This document shows positions 58,737 through 64,000 of a DNA stretch of 64,000 bases, piece after piece. Each line of letters begins with the position of its first letter. The stretch's first letter is position 1. Source of the DNA: Spirochaetia bacterium (GTDB taxonomy: Bacteria; Spirochaetota; Spirochaetia; CADAEX01); contig CAXXHA010000032.1 in NCBI GenBank assembly GCA_963662265.2, positions 1 to 64,000 of the forward strand. Direction: 5' to 3'. Below the pieces are notes generated by a model. It did no database searches, had not been told where the DNA came from, and saw only the letters and a list, made by a program, of their open reading frames with translations. The translations under genes and the position numbers were made by a program.

Positions 58737-60329
58737 ATGCAGCATATTAAGAAGAATGAATTATTAAATAAAGAAACTGATAAAAAAGATTCTGATCTGC
58801 TTTTCAATGACAACGAATCAATACCTGGTGATTCAGAGGCCATAGAAAAATCTTTACATATTTCTAAACCCTGGAAAGTAATAATTGCAGATGATGATAT
58901 ACAGGTACATTCATCAACCCGTATCGTCCTCAGCGATCTGATTTATGATGACAGGAAAATTAATTTTATCAGCGCTTATTCAGCCTCTGAACTGGTAGAT
59001 GTGCTGAAAGATAATCCGGATGCAGCAGTAGTGCTTCTTGATGTAGTCATGGAAAGTACTTCAGCCGGCCTCGATATAATTAAAGTAATCAGGGAGGAAC
59101 TGAAAAATACAAATATAAGAATAATCCTGAGAACAGGCCAGCCCGGCCATGCTCCTGAAAAAAAAGTTGTAATGGAATATGATATAAATGACTACAAGGA
59201 AAAAAACGAACTTACTTCCCAGAAACTGTTCACAACTGTTTACTCAGCTTTACGGGCATACAAAGATATTGTTGCAGTAAAAAAAGGGAGAGAAGCGGTC
59301 CGCTTTATACTTGATGCATCCGATGACCTTGTAAAGACCAGATCAGTTAATAAAATGGCGGATAAATCACTCGAGTTCATACATGATCTTGCCCAACTAC
59401 TGGATTCTGAAAATATACCTGTCAAGAGTTTTTCAGCACTGCTGCAGGAGGATAAAATCAATATTCTTTCCAAAAAGGGTGATTTAACTGAAACAGATGA
59501 GATATCAGACAGCAATTCAGATATATATAATAAATTAATAAATTATTCACATCAGAGAAAACACTATTTTGAAGACCAGAGCAGTTCATACCTCATATCG
59601 CCTGCCCAGTTTAAAAAACACCTGATTTATCTGAAAGATTTCAAACCGGAGTCTTTAGATGAAAAACAGCTCCTTACACTGATAAATGAAAAAATCGGAA
59701 TTGCTTTTGAAAATCTTTTCCTCAATAATGAAATAATAAACACCCAGATAGAACTTATCCAGGTTCTTGGTGAAATAATCGAAAACAGATCCCATGAAAC
59801 AGCTTATCATGTTACAAGAGTAAGTAAAATGACAGAAATAATAATGAAAAAGATGGGATTCTCTGATGAAGATACAGAAAGATATTCTCATGCATCCCCC
59901 CTGCATGATGTTGGAAAAATTGGGATACCGGATTCAATCCTCCTCAAACCCGGTAAACTTACTGATATAGAATTTGATAAAATAAAGACCCATACAAGTA
60001 TAGGCTACAAGCTTCTTTCCAGTTCATCCAAAGAACTCTTGAAAACTGCTGCCCTGATTGCTCTGCAGCATCATGAAAAATGGAACGGAAAAGGATATCC
60101 GAACGGCTTGAAAAAGAATGAAATAGACAGGGTATCCAGGATAGTAAGCCTTGTAGATGTATTTGATGCTCTTTCAAATGACAGGATCTACAAGAAAGCC
60201 TGGGAGACAGGCAAAGTTCTGCAGTATATCGAAGATGAAAAGGAGATAAGTTTCGATCCTGAAGTAGTTGAAACCTTTTTCAGCAACTGGGAAGAAATAA
60301 AAGATATAATCGCTGTCTATAAAGATTAA
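58737..60329 (+). CDS. Response regulator REC-DUF3369-HD-GYP (cyclic dinucleotide phosphodiesterase)
   Basis: IIADDD, LDVVME, RIILRTGQPG, YDINDYKEK, HDVGKIG and HHEKWNGKGYP motifs. Confidence 0.9.
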   Translation: MQHIKKNELLNKETDKKDSDLLFNDNESIPGDSEAIEKSLHISKPWKVIIADDDIQVHSSTRIVLSDLIYDDRKINFISAYSASELVDVLKDNPDAAVVLLDVVMESTSAGLDIIKVIREELKNTNIRIILRTGQPGHAPEKKVVMEYDINDYKEKNELTSQKLFTTVYSALRAYKDIVAVKKGREAVRFILDASDDLVKTRSVNKMADKSLEFIHDLAQLLDSENIPVKSFSALLQEDKINILSKKGDLTETDEISDSNSDIYNKLINYSHQRKHYFEDQSSSYLISPAQFKKHLIYLKDFKPESLDEKQLLTLINEKIGIAFENLFLNNEIINTQIELIQVLGEIIENRSHETAYHVTRVSKMTEIIMKKMGFSDEDTERYSHASPLHDVGKIGIPDSILLKPGKLTDIEFDKIKTHTSIGYKLLSSSSKELLKTAALIALQHHEKWNGKGYPNGLKKNEIDRVSRIVSLVDVFDALSNDRIYKKAWETGKVLQYIEDEKEISFDPEVVETFFSNWEEIKDIIAVYKD

Positions 60330-60547
60330 TTAACCTTTTTCAGCTATATTTACCTTTATACCGCTATTTTTCCTGATAAATTACCATATTTACTCTTTTT
60401 AAGTTATTTTAACCTAATTTATTACCTATCTATCATTATAAATACTGCAGAAATCAAGATTTTTCATACTTTTTTCCGCTTTGTCTGATATTCTGTTATT
60501 GCATATTTTCAGATTATGTTTAATAATATCCTCAGGAGGAGATAACA

Positions 60548-61726
60548 ATGTTAGAGAATGTATGGAGACGATTACAGGCGTTAAACCCGGAAACAGAAAT
60601 CTGGTGGGATTCTTCCCCGCTTGTATGGCCTAACTTTGTAAACGACTATCAGAAAAAACTTCCTGAAGCTGACAGAAAATGGTTTGTTGATGAACTCAAC
60701 AGCATGTTTCTCGATGCACCGGTAGAAAACTGGATTTTCAAGGGATGTACAACAAACCCTCCCCTTTCATGGGCAGTACTTCAGCAGAGAACTGATGAAT
60801 GGGTTGAAATCATCAAAAATATCAGAAAAAGCTACAAGGGAAGATCACAGTACGGTCTTTTCAGAGAAGTTTATAAGGAAAATATTAAAAGAGGTGCGGA
60901 AAAATTTCTGCCGCTTTTCGAAGCGTCAAACGGAAAACTCGGTCATATTTCAGGCCAGGTAGATCCCAACCTTATTAAAGACAAAGCAGCAATGATTGAA
61001 ATGGCTGAAGAACTTGCAGATCTTGGACCAAACGTGATGATCAAGGTTTCAGCATCAACACAGGGTATTCCTGTATTCAAACACCTCGCATCAAAAGGTA
61101 TTGCTACAAACGCGACAACATGTTTCAACCTTCCCCAGATTATGGCAGTTGCAAATGCTGTTACTGAAGGTATCAGGGAACACAGAAAAAGCGGTAGCGA
61201 AAGACATGGATGGAGAGCAGTAATTACCCAGATGTCTGGCCGATTCGAAGATTCTGCAGCATTCAGAGGATATATCAACAAAAACAACATGGATATCAGT
61301 CCTCTCGAACTCAGAGAAGCATCAAATGCTGTTGTCAAGAAGTGCGCAAAACTGATTGAAAGAGATAATCTTGAAGCCAAGATTCTTTTCTGTTCAGCAA
61401 GAAAGCATGTAGATTTCGAAGGTAATGTATTTTACCCTCACTTTGATATGTTTGCCGGAGGACCTGTTGTTTATACATGTCCACCTCCAATGATCGGTGA
61501 TATTCTCTACCACTACAGGAACAGAGAAATCACTCCTCAGTGGGACAGACAGACTTCAGATGATGTATTGAAAAAACTCTACCAGGTTCCTTTCTTCGTG
61601 GAAGGATATGAAGAAGACGGTTATGCTGTTGAACAGTTCAATGAAATTGTATCACTCAAAGAAAATGCAGCCCTCTTTTCACAGGCTACAAATGATATGA
61701 TCGATTTCGTAGGGAAATTTGTTTAA
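60548..61726 (+). CDS. Transaldolase family protein (divergent, 392 aa)
   Basis: GCTTNPPL, SGQVDP, NVMIKV (Schiff-base Lys), GIATNAT and QMSGR motifs; AGGAGG RBS. Confidence 0.8.
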   Translation: MLENVWRRLQALNPETEIWWDSSPLVWPNFVNDYQKKLPEADRKWFVDELNSMFLDAPVENWIFKGCTTNPPLSWAVLQQRTDEWVEIIKNIRKSYKGRSQYGLFREVYKENIKRGAEKFLPLFEASNGKLGHISGQVDPNLIKDKAAMIEMAEELADLGPNVMIKVSASTQGIPVFKHLASKGIATNATTCFNLPQIMAVANAVTEGIREHRKSGSERHGWRAVITQMSGRFEDSAAFRGYINKNNMDISPLELREASNAVVKKCAKLIERDNLEAKILFCSARKHVDFEGNVFYPHFDMFAGGPVVYTCPPPMIGDILYHYRNREITPQWDRQTSDDVLKKLYQVPFFVEGYEEDGYAVEQFNEIVSLKENAALFSQATNDMIDFVGKFV

Positions 61727-61747
61727 TATTTGCTTTCTTTTTAAGAC

Positions 61748-61777
61748 AAGGGCTGTCATTACCGGCAGCCCTTTTTT
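61748..61777 (+). terminator. Rho-independent terminator after the transaldolase
   Basis: aagggctgtc/ggcagccctt stem followed by a T-run. Confidence 0.78.
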
Positions 61778-62019
61778 ATTCCCAATATATGTTTATTACA
61801 GCACAAAAGTGTAATCTATCATGAATATTTAAATAATTTATATCCATAATCCTGCTTTAACTTATATTACGCAAACTTGCTGATTTAACATTTCAGTATT
61901 ATAATAGATAATTAAGTGTGTAATTTAATAATTAACATTTGAATCTACAACCATATTTCTTATTATTAAATTCTTTTTTAACCGATCCATGAAAATACAA
62001 AAAAACGCAGGAGAAATCC

Positions 62020-64000
62020 ATGTATATTAATATAAAAAAAACAATACTATTATTTGCAACCATAATACTTCTATTTAATATTATATCCTGCCCCAATAAC
62101 CAGATGAGAGATCTTGTGGAACTGAAAGTTTCTGATCCGGTTGCTGATTCATTTACAATAGGATCAGGACCTACAACTGCATCAAGGACAGTCACTCTTT
62201 ATTCAGATGTTACAAAAGAGGAAGATGCACTTGAAATGAGATTCAGAAATTCAGGAGATAACTGGTCGGATTGGGAAACTTATTCAAATACAAAAATATG
62301 GGACCTCAGTTTTCTGGATGGGCTTAAAACAGTATATGCTGAATACAGGGATGAAGGACATCATGTTGTTTCCAGGGAAAATACAATAACACTGAATACT
62401 GGTGCACCGGGGGGAGAATTTTATATTTTCGGTAATGGCTTAATAGATAACCCGGTAGAAGACAACCAGCATGAATATACCAATACAACATCAGTAAAAC
62501 TCTGCATGAACATAACAAATGTAGAGTCTATGAGATTTTCAAATACCTTTATTGATAATAATATTTCATCATGGGATGCTGTAACCCCCTTAATTCCTTT
62601 TTCAGAAGAATATGACTGGTCCCTGCCTGCAGGAGACGGAGAAAAGACTGTATATGCTCAGTTTGTCACAAATGCAGGCACTCCTAATGTTTTTCCTAAT
62701 TCCCCTGTAGACGGCCATCAGCCCTATCTTGATACAACAGCTCCTTCCACTTCAAATTTTAGTATCAATGGAGGGGCAGCAATTGCTTCATCAATATCAG
62801 TAACTTTATCTTATGATATATCTGAAACAGTATTTGATTCAGAACATAAAATGTGGGCTGAATACCGTAATGACGGGGGCAGCTGGAGCGCAAAAGAAAC
62901 TGTTTCAACAGGCAGTATAACACCAAAACCCTGGGTTTTGAGATCTGAAGTAGGTACAAGGACTGTTTATGTAAGGCTTTCAGATATTGCAGGAAACAGC
63001 GCGGTTTTTTCAGATACAATAGATCTTGACAATGCAGCACCCCCAATACCATCCCCAACTACTGCAACACCAACAAATAATACAAAACCTACATGGACAT
63101 GGGCAGCTGTTCCTGGTGCTGTAAACTATAGATGTTACTTCCCCGATTTCCCAATAATAGAACTCGGAGATGTAACTTCATATACTCCTGATGATCCTCT
63201 TTATGAAAATCAAGACCATGAATTCCATCTTCAGGCAGCAGATGCTGCTGGAAACTGGTCAGCACCTGGTACACATACTGTTACGATTGATACAGAATTG
63301 CCGCCATCACCAACTGGTCTTGATCTTGCTGAATCAGACGATACAGGATCATCAAATTCAGATAATATAACAAGAACGACTTCCAATCTTACAATATCAG
63401 GAAATGCAGAATCAAATTCAGAAGTATTGATTTACAATAATACAACACTTCTGACTACTGTAAATACAAACGGATCAGGTGATTTTTCAGGCGATATAAG
63501 TCTCTCAGGAGACGGAGTAAAATCAGTCAGAGCCATATGTATTGATACAGCAGGAAATCAATCTCCATATTCATCAACATTATCAATCACTATAGATACT
63601 ACATTACCATCTGCCCCTTCAACACCTGATCTTGCGGCAGCAGATGACCATGGAAGCTCCAGCAGTGATAATATCACAAACCAGACTTCAAATCTTACAT
63701 TTTCAGGAACTGCTGAAGCAGGATCATCAGTGACTATATATGAAAGTTCAACAGCAAGAGGAACTTTTACAGCCTCTGGCGGCACATATTCTGGAGATAT
63801 AAGTCTCTCTGCAGGGAGCAATAAAAATATAAGTGCCAGAGCAACTGATATTGCAGGAAACATATCCAGCAGCTCTACTGGATTATCTGTAACAATTGAT
63901 ACAACTTCACCATCTGCCCCTTCAACACCTGATCTTGCAACAGCAGATGACCATGGAAGCTCCAGCAGTGATAATATCACAAACCAGACTTCAAATCTAA
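62020..64000 (+). CDS. Large surface lipoprotein with tandem Ig-like repeats (runs off the window end)
   Basis: Not in the ORF track. AGGAG RBS and ATG 62020; the frame stays open to 64000 by my translation. Signal MYINIKKTILLFATIILLFNIIS-C, then beta-rich repeats including DLA..DD.GSS.SDNIT and D.AGN. Confidence 0.88.
   Translation, partial: MYINIKKTILLFATIILLFNIISCPNNQMRDLVELKVSDPVADSFTIGSGPTTASRTVTLYSDVTKEEDALEMRFRNSGDNWSDWETYSNTKIWDLSFLDGLKTVYAEYRDEGHHVVSRENTITLNTGAPGGEFYIFGNGLIDNPVEDNQHEYTNTTSVKLCMNITNVESMRFSNTFIDNNISSWDAVTPLIPFSEEYDWSLPAGDGEKTVYAQFVTNAGTPNVFPNSPVDGHQPYLDTTAPSTSNFSINGGAAIASSISVTLSYDISETVFDSEHKMWAEYRNDGGSWSAKETVSTGSITPKPWVLRSEVGTRTVYVRLSDIAGNSAVFSDTIDLDNAAPPIPSPTTATPTNNTKPTWTWAAVPGAVNYRCYFPDFPIIELGDVTSYTPDDPLYENQDHEFHLQAADAAGNWSAPGTHTVTIDTELPPSPTGLDLAESDDTGSSNSDNITRTTSNLTISGNAESNSEVLIYNNTTLLTTVNTNGSGDFSGDISLSGDGVKSVRAICIDTAGNQSPYSSTLSITIDTTLPSAPSTPDLAAADDHGSSSSDNITNQTSNLTFSGTAEAGSSVTIYESSTARGTFTASGGTYSGDISLSAGSNKNISARATDIAGNISSSSTGLSVTIDTTSPSAPSTPDLATADDHGSSSSDNITNQTSNL
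63607..63998 (+). repeat. Near-identical intragenic direct repeat, period 303 bp (101 aa)
   Basis: 63607-63695 and 63910-63998 (ccatctgccccttcaacacctgatcttgc...cagacttcaaatct) differ at only 2 positions by eye. Confidence 0.9.

Noticed and set aside
63558-63980. 140-aa minus-strand ORF with an internal repeat; possible CRISPR-like repeat
   Set aside because: It is the antisense shadow of the Ig-repeat lipoprotein; the repeat is coding, 303-bp periodic and has no spacer structure.

Overview
AT-rich bacterial chromosomal window of mostly housekeeping and metabolic genes. The source is probably an anaerobic, free-living spirochaete; this is inferred from a Cys-less 'YGSGKNE' type binding-protein N-terminus, a group-X ATP-PFK, an M16C peptidase, single-chain PFOR and a glucosylglycerate phosphorylase. 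I found no rRNA, tRNA, CRISPR array or transposase. The main candidate system lies at 1-8905. There, the late menaquinone (futalosine-type) genes ubiD/ubiA/ubiX are co-transcribed with a NitT/TauT-type ABC importer and diverge from a type II NADH dehydrogenase plus a polyprenyl-diphosphate synthase. The dehydrogenase is fused to a DoxX-like membrane domain whose loop carries two ApbE-flavinylation-like motifs. This looks like a quinone head-group salvage and electron-export module. Other points of note: a CoA-disulfide reductase with one Cys-less and one Cys-containing rhodanese; an L-/D-serine catabolic cluster with a decayed dppBC-like remnant inside it; a glucosylglycerate cluster whose glycerate kinase is frameshifted; paired LacI operators; a Rex/CRP-type site before PFOR; an atypical transaldolase; and a large Ig-repeat lipoprotein (62020 to window end) missing from the ORF track.
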